Positions 29,883 to 39,327 of a stretch of 64,000 nucleotides of DNA are shown piece after piece. The notes under the pieces were generated by a model. That model ran no database searches, was not told the DNA's origin, and saw nothing but the letters and a program-made list of their open reading frames with translations. Each line of letters starts with the position of its first letter. The first letter of the stretch is position 1. The stretch comes from an uncultured cyanobacterium (GTDB lineage: Bacteria > Cyanobacteriota > Cyanobacteriia > Cyanobacteriales > CAWCAG01): assembly GCA_963793425.1 (NCBI GenBank), contig CAWCAG010000005.1:736001-800000 (forward strand). The letters are read 5' to 3'. Both the position numbers and the translations under genes were made by a program.

Positions 29883-31184
29883 TCAACTCTCTGTCATAAT
29901 TTGCGCTGTAACTTCCATGACTGCTGGGGGAAGAGTAAAACCATCTTTGACCTTTTCAATTAGCGATCGCTGTCTAAGAGAAGCTAAAGCTTGGAGAAGA
30001 TTTTGGGGAGATACATCTGCCAAGCTTGTTTGTAATTCAGCCACGGAAATTGGTTTTTTCTTCGTTGCCATTTGACAAATAAGCTGATTTTCTAACTCCG
30101 ATAATCTGTCAAGCATTTCTTCAATAAAATCGCTGACATCATGGGTAAACAAAGTGGTAGAGAGAAAATCTGTTACATCGCCGTCGAAGACTTCTTTAAT
30201 AGTCATTGCTACGAGTTTCAACATTAAAGGATTGCCGCGATAGCCTTTAATAAGATGTACCCAATTCTTTTCTCCTGATAATCCCTTCTCCTTAAGAATT
30301 TGTCTTGCTGCTTCCCCTAAACCATCTAATTTCAGGGAACGTACTGGAGAGGTTTCTCCTTCTAATAGAGAGATTTCGTTGAGTTTTTCTTGGCAAGTAA
30401 CTAATAAGCAACTTTGGTGAGGTTCCCCTCCCACTTTTTTGAGCAGTAAGCCATAATCTTCATATCCCTCTTCATAGGTTCCCGCTAAATCACCACTACG
30501 GAGAATCGAGCCGATATTATCAAGGATCACTAAACAGCGAGAAGTGCGGAAATGCTCAATTAACCAAGCTAAACGTTCTTCTTTTGTTTCTGGTATAACT
30601 TTCTCGGTTTCCGGGGTTAAAACTTGAATTAATTCCCCCAGGAAATCTTCTATGGCTGGTGCTTGACGTAGAGAACGCCACACAACACAAGAAAATTTAC
30701 TTGCTACTTTCTTAGCTATCTTAACTGATAAAGCTGTTTTGCCGATACCTTTCATGCCTAGCAAAGCAACCAGGCGGCAACTATCCTTGATAATCCATTG
30801 CTCTAGGGTTTTTAATTCTTCTGTACGACCATAAAATACAGAAACATCTGGTGCTTCTCCCCAATCTGCGTAACGCTGAGTTGTTGAATTGTTTGAGGAA
30901 GGGAGGTAATTGTTGGCAAATCCTCCGTGGCTTGCCATGTGAGCTTGATACTGGGTTACCAAAAGTTGTTGCAATTTAGTTAACTTTACAGGGCCTCTAC
31001 CAGCAATCTGAAATTTCTGATAAACCTCACTTAATCTCTTGCGTACCGCATCACCGCTAATACCAATACTCTCAGCAATAGCAGCGGTTGACTGACCTTT
31101 CATTGCTAAAGAGAGAACCTCCAATTCACCTTTGGAAACCTTATGTTCGTCAGCTACAGCTTTGAGAAAGTCTTGGGTAATCAC
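29883..31184 (-). CDS. LuxR-like HTH plus NB-ARC (STAND) NTPase, no C-terminal repeat sensor
   Basis: N-terminal HTH (STAAIAESIGISGDAVRKRL); DWGEAPDVSVFYGR, Walker A GMKGIGKT, Walker B LVILDN, GNPL. Confidence 0.88.
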   Translation of the reverse strand: MITQDFLKAVADEHKVSKGELEVLSLAMKGQSTAAIAESIGISGDAVRKRLSEVYQKFQIAGRGPVKLTKLQQLLVTQYQAHMASHGGFANNYLPSSNNSTTQRYADWGEAPDVSVFYGRTEELKTLEQWIIKDSCRLVALLGMKGIGKTALSVKIAKKVASKFSCVVWRSLRQAPAIEDFLGELIQVLTPETEKVIPETKEERLAWLIEHFRTSRCLVILDNIGSILRSGDLAGTYEEGYEDYGLLLKKVGGEPHQSCLLVTCQEKLNEISLLEGETSPVRSLKLDGLGEAARQILKEKGLSGEKNWVHLIKGYRGNPLMLKLVAMTIKEVFDGDVTDFLSTTLFTHDVSDFIEEMLDRLSELENQLICQMATKKKPISVAELQTSLADVSPQNLLQALASLRQRSLIEKVKDGFTLPPAVMEVTAQIMTES

Positions 31185-31432
31185 AGCGCACGCTCACACT
31201 CAAAAGAAATATATTTGTCTAATTTTAACCTATGGACTGTGAGAGATAAGCATTTTGTCTTGGTAATTCAAAGCTATTTACTTTGTAGTACACTTAGCGC
31301 TTGACATTATTATATATGTGAGAGAGAATGATTTTGTACTCACACGAATGAAAATATCTACTAACTTCGGGAAAGACAGGGTACAAGAATGTAGTACAGA
31401 AGTTATTAAGTATAGATTACCTCGGCAGAACC

Positions 31433-33136
31433 ATGAAAATTTTTTTAACCAGTCAAGTTTTTACTCAACCATCCCGGCAACTATTAGGAGGCTTAGTGAT
31501 AGGTGTATCCCTTACGTTACTGGCTATACCGGAGGCGAAGGCTGCGGACTTTCGTACCATAGATGGCATAGATAATAACCTTAGTAACCAAGATTGGGGT
31601 AGTAGCCACACTCAACTATTACGTTTGACACATCCTAGTTATCAAGACGGTATTTCTGAACCCAGGGGAGGAGGCATCAACGCAGCCTTGCAACTTCCTA
31701 GCCCTCGTGCCGTTAGCAACGCCGTTTCAGGACAATCTGGCTCAGTTTTTAATAGTTTAGGAGCAAGTGATTTCCTTTGGCAGTGGGGGCAATTTGTGGA
31801 TCACGATATTGATATCACAGAAGGGGGTGATACTCCAGAAGCGTTTAATATTCTTGTACCTTCAGGAGATCCGTTTTTTGATCCCCATAATACAGGAACC
31901 CAAGAAATAGGACTTAACCGTTCTATTTACAACCCCTTAACCGGAACTGGTACGGATAATCCTCGTCAACAAATTAACGAAATTACAGCTTTTATCGACG
32001 CTTCCAATGTTTACGGTTCTGATCTTACTACGGCTGCTTCTTTACGTAGTGGCGTGGGGGGTAAATTAAAAACCAGTATAGGTAACTTACTACCTTTAAG
32101 TGATAGCAACTTCTTTTTAGCTGGAGATGTACGGGCTAACGAACAAGTTGGCTTAATCGCCATGCACACCTTATTTGTTCGGGAACATAATCGCTTAGCT
32201 CAGGAGATTGCAACCGCAGACCCCAGTTTAACCGATGAAGAGATTTATCAACAAGCCAGGGCTATTGTGGGAGCGCAAATGCAAGTCATCACCTACAACG
32301 AATTCCTGCCCCTCCTGCTTGGGGAAGGTTTAGGAAGTTATGCAGGATATAAAGATGATGTTAACCCCGGCATTAGTAATGAGTTTTCCACCGCAGCTTA
32401 CCGAGTTGGTCATACCATGCTCTCACCAAACTTACTGCGTTTAGATGAAAATGGCAATCCTATCCCTGAAGGTAATATTGCTTTGCGGGATGCCTTTTTC
32501 TCTCCCCATCGCGTTATTAATGAAGGAGGTATTGACCCAATTTTAAGGGGATTAGCTACACAACAGGCGCAGGAAGTGGATACTTTAGTTATTGACGATG
32601 TACGCAACTTCCTTTTTGGGGTTCCTGGTAGTGGTGGTTTTGATCTGGCTTCTTTAAACATTCAACGGGGTAGGGATCATGGCTTGCCTAGTTATAATGA
32701 AGCCAGGATTGCCCTTGGTTTGGGGGCTGCCAGGAGTGTTGCTGATCTCACTAGGGATGCAGAGTTACAAAATGCTTTTGCTGGAGTTTATAACGATATT
32801 AACGATGTGGATTTCTGGATTGGCGGATTAGCAGAGAAACATACTAACGGAGGTATTGTAGGAGAACTGTTCGCCACAGTAATTAAAGATCAGTTTACCA
32901 GACTCCGAGACGGTGATCGCTTCTGGTATACCAATGTGTTCTCCGGGGAAAGGTTGCAAGAACTTGAAGATACAACCCTAGCTGAGGTTATCCGCCGCAA
33001 CACAGATATTGAGAACATTCAAGATAATGTTTTCCTCGCCTCTGAAAAAGTTCCCGAACCAGCTTCCGTTATGGCTTTGTTGGCATTGGCTGCAATACTA
33101 ATCACCAAAAAAAGAAACCTAAAAACGAACAATTAA
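31433..33136 (+). CDS. Secreted animal-type heme peroxidase (peroxidase-cyclooxygenase superfamily) with PEP-CTERM sorting signal
   Basis: Signal peptide ending AKA; FRTIDG, LPSPR, WGQFVDHD, TAFIDAS, GDVRANEQ, YRVGHTM, NIQRGRDHG, RLRDGDRFW; C-terminal VPEP-TM-KKR. Confidence 0.93.
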   Translation: MKIFLTSQVFTQPSRQLLGGLVIGVSLTLLAIPEAKAADFRTIDGIDNNLSNQDWGSSHTQLLRLTHPSYQDGISEPRGGGINAALQLPSPRAVSNAVSGQSGSVFNSLGASDFLWQWGQFVDHDIDITEGGDTPEAFNILVPSGDPFFDPHNTGTQEIGLNRSIYNPLTGTGTDNPRQQINEITAFIDASNVYGSDLTTAASLRSGVGGKLKTSIGNLLPLSDSNFFLAGDVRANEQVGLIAMHTLFVREHNRLAQEIATADPSLTDEEIYQQARAIVGAQMQVITYNEFLPLLLGEGLGSYAGYKDDVNPGISNEFSTAAYRVGHTMLSPNLLRLDENGNPIPEGNIALRDAFFSPHRVINEGGIDPILRGLATQQAQEVDTLVIDDVRNFLFGVPGSGGFDLASLNIQRGRDHGLPSYNEARIALGLGAARSVADLTRDAELQNAFAGVYNDINDVDFWIGGLAEKHTNGGIVGELFATVIKDQFTRLRDGDRFWYTNVFSGERLQELEDTTLAEVIRRNTDIENIQDNVFLASEKVPEPASVMALLALAAILITKKRNLKTNN

Positions 33137-33153
33137 GTACACAACTGTGTACT
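33134..33153 (+). terminator. Hairpin at the peroxidase stop
   Basis: AAGTACACA-AC-TGTGTACTT perfect inverted repeat; no clear U-tract. Confidence 0.4.
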
Positions 33154-33328
33154 TCCCACCTAATTGTGAGTCTTTATGCACAAAAACTTATTGTGTAGGG
33201 GTGAGGGGAGATAATGTTAACCAATACTAATAAATCTCGGTGGATGGTATCGTTATCTCCCTAAGTTTTTGTTCAATAAAATAGCTTCACCTATTTTAAG
33301 CAAAAGTTAGTAATCTACTCGAAAGATA

Positions 33329-33583
33329 ATGAGAATAAGCGATATTACCCAACAGGCTTTTAGTACAGGTCATTTAACAATTGAAGCAGAAAATCAACTG
33401 CGCCAATTACTAAAACAAAAAAACAATGATTCAGAACTGCAAGCTTTTATGGATTTGCAGGAAGCAGCAAGGCAAGGATGGATTAAGCAAGAATCTCGTG
33501 CTTTTCTTCAGTTTTGCTTAAACTATCAAACATCAGATAATTTTGGAGTAGTAAAGAGGAAAATTCTAGCTAACACTAGCTAA
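33329..33583 (+). CDS. Small cyanobacterial hypothetical protein
   Basis: QQAFSTGHLTIEAENQLRQLL...AFMDLQEA...QES pattern seen in small cyanobacterial proteins. Confidence 0.65.
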   Translation: MRISDITQQAFSTGHLTIEAENQLRQLLKQKNNDSELQAFMDLQEAARQGWIKQESRAFLQFCLNYQTSDNFGVVKRKILANTS

Positions 33584-33638
33584 TTTTCTTGTCTAATACT
33601 CCTACTTTAACTATTAGTTAATTTGGAGAATAAATAAT

Positions 33639-35207
33639 ATGTCTGTGCAGAATGAAACCAAAGTCTTAGTTCTATCGTTATTAGTAACTACAGGCTTGAT
33701 GGGAGCAGCGTTAGTGGGAGTAGGTAACATAAGTAATAAACAACCAAATCTTTTTAATACCGAAAGTGCTACTGCTGTGGATCGTCATGGCAAAGGGGAT
33801 ATTCGGGTGTTGGGGGATACTTTTAGCGGTTACTCTACTTTAAGAAATATAGATTTTCAAAATACCCTCAAAGAGCAAGAAGTTACTTTAAAATATGCTA
33901 ATGAGTTCGATCAAAAAGTTCGTGCTACGGCTTTAAGCACAGGTAAAGTAGATATAATTGTGACAACTTTAGATCAGTTTCTTACCCACAAGCCTGAAGG
34001 ACAAATTGTTGCTCTGATTGATCGTACTGTAGGGGCTGATGCTGTAGTTTTGAACAGCCAGGAATACCCCCAACTTAAGTCTTTAAATGACTTAGATAAT
34101 TTGGTACAGCAAAAAAGAGCGGTGGGAGAACAGTTGAAAATTGTTTATGCTGGGGATACTCCTAGTGAATTCCTCGCCAAAGTATTAGATACTAAGTTTG
34201 ACAACTTTAACTTAGCTGACTTTGAAATTGTTAAGGTTGCTGATGCTAGCGAAGCTTGGCAGCAAATGCAAAAACCCAACTCCCAAGTTGGTATCACCGT
34301 TCTCTGGGAACCCTATGTTACCGAAGCGAAAGCCCAGGGAAATACAGTAGTGTTGAGTAGTGCTGATGCCCCTAGGGTGATTGTAGATGTGGTGGTAGCT
34401 AGCGATCGCGTTATTAGTAGCAATCCTGGTGCAGTCAGTAGTTTTGTAACTTCTTACTACCGTCGCATGGATACTTCTATTCAAGATCAAACCCAGTTAA
34501 CTCAACAAATTGCTGCTGATGGTGATTTGAGCAATGCTGAAGCAACGTCGGTTAGGCAAGGGATTCAATTTTTCACCTCTGTGGAAGCGAATAATTGGAT
34601 TGAGTCAGGAACTCTAACGAAGAGAATTCGAGCTATTGCAGGAGTTTTGGCACTTTCGGGACGCACCGATGCTATACCTGCTAATCCAGAAACTCTCTTT
34701 ACAAATACTTTCTTGAAAACAGCAGCAGAACAAACTACGAATTTAATCAAGGCAGTGGAAATTGATAATCCTGAATTAGCGAAGAAATTAAGGGGCTTTG
34801 CAGAACCTGTCTTTACGACGGAAGTATCCGTAGCCGAGGTTAAGCAAGCTGATGATATTGGTAACTTGAAGGTGAGAGGTGAGGTTAAGTTCGAGACTGG
34901 GGCAGCCCAACTAACCCCCCAGGGACAGCAAACCCTTGATAAGCTGGCAACAGAGATTAGCGAATTTAATCCTTCCACTGTTGCTATTAAAGTGCAAGGG
35001 CATACCTCCCGTACAGGTAGTGCTGATTTGAATCAAAAACTTTCCCAAGGGAGGGCAGATGTAGTAGTTCAATACCTCAATGCTAACAATCTTCCCCACA
35101 AGTTTGTGGCAGAAGGATTAGGTTTCTCTCAAACTCTTCCTGGTGCAGATCCTGCTTCTCCTGTTAACCAACGTACAGTTATTCGCCTTGTCAGAATCGG
35201 TAACTGA
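33639..35207 (+). CDS. Substrate-binding (NMT1/SsuA-like) domain fused to C-terminal OmpA peptidoglycan-binding domain
   Basis: N-terminal TM; GDTFSGY, IDRTVGADAVV, LWEPY; C-terminal FETGAAQL...QGHT...NQKLSQGRA...NQRTVI. Confidence 0.85.
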   Translation: MSVQNETKVLVLSLLVTTGLMGAALVGVGNISNKQPNLFNTESATAVDRHGKGDIRVLGDTFSGYSTLRNIDFQNTLKEQEVTLKYANEFDQKVRATALSTGKVDIIVTTLDQFLTHKPEGQIVALIDRTVGADAVVLNSQEYPQLKSLNDLDNLVQQKRAVGEQLKIVYAGDTPSEFLAKVLDTKFDNFNLADFEIVKVADASEAWQQMQKPNSQVGITVLWEPYVTEAKAQGNTVVLSSADAPRVIVDVVVASDRVISSNPGAVSSFVTSYYRRMDTSIQDQTQLTQQIAADGDLSNAEATSVRQGIQFFTSVEANNWIESGTLTKRIRAIAGVLALSGRTDAIPANPETLFTNTFLKTAAEQTTNLIKAVEIDNPELAKKLRGFAEPVFTTEVSVAEVKQADDIGNLKVRGEVKFETGAAQLTPQGQQTLDKLATEISEFNPSTVAIKVQGHTSRTGSADLNQKLSQGRADVVVQYLNANNLPHKFVAEGLGFSQTLPGADPASPVNQRTVIRLVRIGN

Positions 35208-35258
35208 ATTTCCCAGATTGCTTTCGTAGTCTTGTATTGCCTTAAGGCAAAGTTCGTT

Positions 35259-36623
35259 ATGTCTAATTACCTTCTAGAAGAAGCATATCAACTATCTCAA
35301 ACTAATTCCCAACCGGGGCGACTGCTGAAGATTAGAGAACAACTTCGCTTCTCCAGTTATCCATTGCGAAAGAATCCTTTGCTTCCTCACCAGATTCCTT
35401 TAACCGTAAGACAGTGCTTTGCTAAGGCTGCATTGCTACTTACCCGTTATCCTCAATTGGGAGGAAAGCAAACCTTCGGTACTCTTCATTCCCCTACTCT
35501 AAGTAGCTATAGTTGTGATTCCACTCCAGAAATTTGGCAAGGAGAAGAGGGAATTACGAGATTATGTAACAATTTGGGATTAGATCCCAACTATACCGAA
35601 GAGTTGAGCCAATTATTGCGACAAAAAGATGAGGCGATCGCTAAGCATCAACAAATCATGGCAACTTTGTTGGAGGAGGTAGAAGGAATCGCCACTAAAA
35701 AGGCAGTTTTGCAGCTTTTCAAGTTACTTTTTGGTAACTTACCTTTACCTGAAGCAGCAATAGATTGTTTAGGAACACCAATGCAGTTATGCTTTACCAT
35801 TAATTATCAAGGCGGGAGGTTGCACAATAAGGGTTTGTGGCAGAGTTTAACGACAAGGGAACGAGTTCAATTAGGACGATTTTTGCAACAACTCGATCAC
35901 TTCAACTGTAAACAATTTGCTTGCTTCCCTAGCTTTGGCAAAATTCAACCCCAGAAAATTAATCATGAGTTAGGCGATCGCTTAGCTAAAAAAATAGGTT
36001 GCAGTAAAGATCAAATCATCTCAACTATTCAATCATCTGTTGGTATTTGCGCCACAGAAAAAGCAGAAGCTTTCTTTATTCATGATATTTGGGGACACTT
36101 TTGGCAACTATTCCTCACTGATTTCCCTTCAGATTACCAATTTCTCAGCCGTTGTGACGAACCTTCAACTTCACCCTCCCATCACCTCATCAACTCTTTA
36201 AAAACTCACCTACTAGCAGAGATATTAGCAGATATCAATGAATTCAAGTGGATTGCCCAACACCCTCAACAAGCAGATTTATTGCCCTCGTCTTCCTTGT
36301 TTAAACATGAACCAACAAAACTAGATTTGATTTGTAGAGATTTAGGCAGTTTGTTACCGCTGATTTTGAGACAAGAGTATCCAGATATTATGCCGCAACT
36401 TTTAGGAGAGTTGTTGGAATTACAAAATACTCTCAACCAGGTTTATACCCAACCTGCTATCAATCATAATTTCCCTCACCAAGATTTATTGCTTTTGTTC
36501 GCTGCTAACTATAACCCCAGAGATTTTTGTAATTTAAGTGAGATAATCAGTAAATATTTTTATCCCTGTAGCTTCCTTGTCACGGAAACATACCCACCAA
36601 ATTGTCTACTGGCTTGCGCTTGA
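35259..36623 (+). CDS. Hypothetical protein with HDxxGH motif
   Basis: Long ORF; FFIHDIWGHFWQ and HLLAEILADINE. Confidence 0.65.
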   Translation: MSNYLLEEAYQLSQTNSQPGRLLKIREQLRFSSYPLRKNPLLPHQIPLTVRQCFAKAALLLTRYPQLGGKQTFGTLHSPTLSSYSCDSTPEIWQGEEGITRLCNNLGLDPNYTEELSQLLRQKDEAIAKHQQIMATLLEEVEGIATKKAVLQLFKLLFGNLPLPEAAIDCLGTPMQLCFTINYQGGRLHNKGLWQSLTTRERVQLGRFLQQLDHFNCKQFACFPSFGKIQPQKINHELGDRLAKKIGCSKDQIISTIQSSVGICATEKAEAFFIHDIWGHFWQLFLTDFPSDYQFLSRCDEPSTSPSHHLINSLKTHLLAEILADINEFKWIAQHPQQADLLPSSSLFKHEPTKLDLICRDLGSLLPLILRQEYPDIMPQLLGELLELQNTLNQVYTQPAINHNFPHQDLLLLFAANYNPRDFCNLSEIISKYFYPCSFLVTETYPPNCLLACA

Positions 36624-36778
36624 AATTATTAAGCTTTTCTTATTTTAGAAAAGGGTTTAAGAGGAATCATTTTTTCATCTTGTTGAACTTGCTCAACTTG
36701 ACATTCTCACTTAAAAAAGTTAGAAAAGAGTTAGCTCATATGAATGAAAAACTATTTATCTTTCCACTAATCTGAACC

Positions 36779-37798
36779 ATGACAACTATTTATACCAAAA
36801 TATTAATCTTTCCCCTGACCCTAACATTAGGTTTATCAACGGTAAGTTGCACTGAAAGTCCCTTGAGGCAGTCAACAAACCCACCAACACCTGTACAAGC
36901 AGAAGCAAAACCTCAAGCCCAAACAGTTTCCACCACTTCTGTAACCCCTACCCCAAAAACAAACCAACGTAGCACCTTTACCCAAGCCCTCGATCAAGGC
37001 ATGAGTGCCGCTGTGATGGGACAAACGGCCCTTTCATCAGAAGACTGGCAACTAGTAGCAAAACAATGGCAAAAGGCGATCGCTCTTTTAAAGGAGGTTT
37101 CCTCATCTGAGCGTAACTATAAACAAGCCCAAAGCAAAATCTCAGAATATCAGTCTAACTTAAGGATCGCCCAAAGCAAAGTTGCCCAATACCAACGCAA
37201 CTACTTTCAAGAAGCCTTAAATAGTGGTAGACAGGCTGCTAATGGTGCGAGTTCAGCCAATAGCGCCAAAGATTGGCAACAAGTAGCCCAAAACTGGCAA
37301 CAGGGCATCAAGCATTTGCAAACAGTATCAAGGACTAGCAGTAATTATAACAAGGCGCAAAATAAAATCTATGAATATGAGAATAACCTCGCCACTGCTA
37401 AATACCAACAACAACAATATCTTTACCAAGAAAATCCTTGCCTTTTAGTCGCCGAAGAAGCTAATTCTTCTCAGCTTGTGGAATTAAATAAAGTAGATTT
37501 TTACCCCACTTCTTCTGGGCAAAGCAACTATATTACTGGCTGTATTACCAATCATAGTGGCAAAACTTTAAGCAATGTTAGGGTTAGTTATAATTATGCT
37601 GGTTTAAACCCTGCCGCTGGAATTATTTTCGGACAAAAAAATTCTTCCCTCGCCTTTACTAACACCACTGTTAAACCCGGACAAACAGTGCCGTTTCAAC
37701 TTAATTCTTCCTTAGATGGAGATATACTATACGTGGAAATAACTTCCCTATCTTCAGAATTAGGAACGATTCCTTTGTATGTTGAAGTCGGAGGATAA
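36779..37798 (+). CDS. Predicted lipoprotein with two helical repeats and a C-terminal Ig-like/FxLYD-like domain
   Basis: Lipobox-like TVSC, Pro/Thr linker, two WQxVAxxWQ...NYxxAQxKIxEY repeats, ITGCITNHSGK. Confidence 0.7.
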   Translation: MTTIYTKILIFPLTLTLGLSTVSCTESPLRQSTNPPTPVQAEAKPQAQTVSTTSVTPTPKTNQRSTFTQALDQGMSAAVMGQTALSSEDWQLVAKQWQKAIALLKEVSSSERNYKQAQSKISEYQSNLRIAQSKVAQYQRNYFQEALNSGRQAANGASSANSAKDWQQVAQNWQQGIKHLQTVSRTSSNYNKAQNKIYEYENNLATAKYQQQQYLYQENPCLLVAEEANSSQLVELNKVDFYPTSSGQSNYITGCITNHSGKTLSNVRVSYNYAGLNPAAGIIFGQKNSSLAFTNTTVKPGQTVPFQLNSSLDGDILYVEITSLSSELGTIPLYVEVGG

Positions 37799-37818
37799 AA
37801 AGATCAGGAAAGGGGAAG

Positions 37819-38463
37819 ATGATCAAGAAAACACGATTGCAAAAGTGCTTATTTATATTCCCTCTTACTTTTACCTTGATATTATCCGCTTGCAAGAATC
37901 CAATTGAGTCAAAACCTCCTTTAACAATCAACTCAGATCTGATCGCATCGGGAGATATCATCTTTCGCCAAGGTAATAGCCTTTTAAGTCGAACCGTAAT
38001 TTCTGTTGATGAAAATGCCTCCTTTTCCCACGTAGGCTTAGTCGAGATTATTAAAGACAGTCCCTATGTAATCCATGCTTCTACTGGGGAACCTTTTGGT
38101 AAAAATGCTAAGGTGAAAATTGAGACTTTAGAAGCTTTTTTAGCTAAAGAAGAAACTACGGCGATAGCTTTATATCGAGTTAGGGAACAATATCAAAGTA
38201 CAGTAGAGCAAGCTGTTTTATTTGCTCATAGTTATGCAAGCAAGAAACTACCTTTCGATCAAGAATTTAACCTAGAAACGGAAGATAGTTTGTACTGCAC
38301 TGAGTTGGTATGGAGAGCCTACTTGCAAGCAGGGCTTGATTTGGTAGAAGGAGAGTTTGAAAATCTAGATTTACCCTTAGCTCAAGGGAACTATCTTTTA
38401 CCTAGTAACTTATTAAATAGTAAGTACACAAAAAAAGTTTATTTTTTGCAACTTAAAGATTGA
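37819..38463 (+). CDS. YiiX/YebB-like permuted papain-like (NlpC/P60) lipoprotein
   Basis: Lipobox LSAC; GDIIFR, FSHVG (His), VIHA, LYCTELVWRAY (Cys) in permuted order. Confidence 0.88.
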   Translation: MIKKTRLQKCLFIFPLTFTLILSACKNPIESKPPLTINSDLIASGDIIFRQGNSLLSRTVISVDENASFSHVGLVEIIKDSPYVIHASTGEPFGKNAKVKIETLEAFLAKEETTAIALYRVREQYQSTVEQAVLFAHSYASKKLPFDQEFNLETEDSLYCTELVWRAYLQAGLDLVEGEFENLDLPLAQGNYLLPSNLLNSKYTKKVYFLQLKD

Positions 38464-38469
38464 GTTTTT

Positions 38470-38859
38470 ATGAAAAGAAGACGTTTCCTTACCATCTCTA
38501 TTTTATCTTTAACTGCAACTATTATTACCAGTTGTTCTCTTAAAAGTGGCCCTGGTGCAACGGTAGAAGAATTTCACTATGCCATTGAAAAAGGAGAAAT
38601 AGAAGCAGCTACTAACTTATTTTCTAACAGTGTTATTGAATCTTTTGGCAAAGATAAAATCAAAGCTGGTATGTCCCAAGCCGTAAGGAATTTGCAAGAC
38701 AAGCAGGGGATTGAATCTATCAAAATTATGGAAGAAGAAGTCACTGGAGAAGTAGCCCAAGTTTCCTACAAAATCACCTACGGAGATGCTACAGAGGAAG
38801 ACAACACTGCTCAATTAATTAAAGAAGATGGTGAGTGGAAAATAGAACCTTCTAAGTAG
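38470..38859 (+). CDS. DUF4878-like (NTF2-like) lipoprotein
   Basis: Lipobox ITSC; PGATVEEF...A+V...LIKEDGEWKI. Confidence 0.78.
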   Translation: MKRRRFLTISILSLTATIITSCSLKSGPGATVEEFHYAIEKGEIEAATNLFSNSVIESFGKDKIKAGMSQAVRNLQDKQGIESIKIMEEEVTGEVAQVSYKITYGDATEEDNTAQLIKEDGEWKIEPSK

Positions 38860-39327
38860 GTATGATTGAGTTATCCTAAAACTTCACAGAATAAAGTTAA
38901 TTGGTTTTATGATCTAGGATTACCCTGATGAGGGTATCATACCTGTAATTGAACTGGCCTAACTATGCTAAGTTCGGTAAGACCATTATTGGAAGTAACC
39001 AAGCTTTCCATAAGGAAAATATTTTGGTGTCATTAGAGACAGTAATCTTCTTATTAAGATTGCCAATACACTAGGTTTGAAGATTACCAACTGAAATCAA
39101 GTGTTTTTTCCCTAACCAAAGAGGTGTTTTATGGTTAAGATAGCTGATTATTCTCTCTATAGAGTGATGCGACAAGATTCAAGGTCAGCGTAATAATATA
39201 TCAAACTTAATTTTAATGAGTAGTTTTTGTAGTTAAAGATTTTTCTTTGGCTGTCAATTTTCAATTGACAAATCACTAATTCTATTAGTTTAGGACTTAA
39301 CCATTTTCTCTTGACTAGTTTCAAAAA

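Noticed and set aside
31318..31575. 85-aa ORF overlapping the peroxidase start
   Set aside because: Out-of-frame overlap with a strong gene; no motif or RBS
33134..33153. AGTAC...GTACT as a LexA box
   Set aside because: Spacer is 8 nt rather than the 4 nt of the cyanobacterial LexA site, and it sits at a stop codon
33164..33182. TGTGA...GCACA as a CRP site
   Set aside because: Spacer is 8 nt, not 6
38920..38955. CTGATGA followed by a short stem, resembling a hammerhead ribozyme core
   Set aside because: The stem is followed by GTAA, not GAAA, and I found no stems I/III; better explained as a TACCCT-GATG-AGGGTA hairpin
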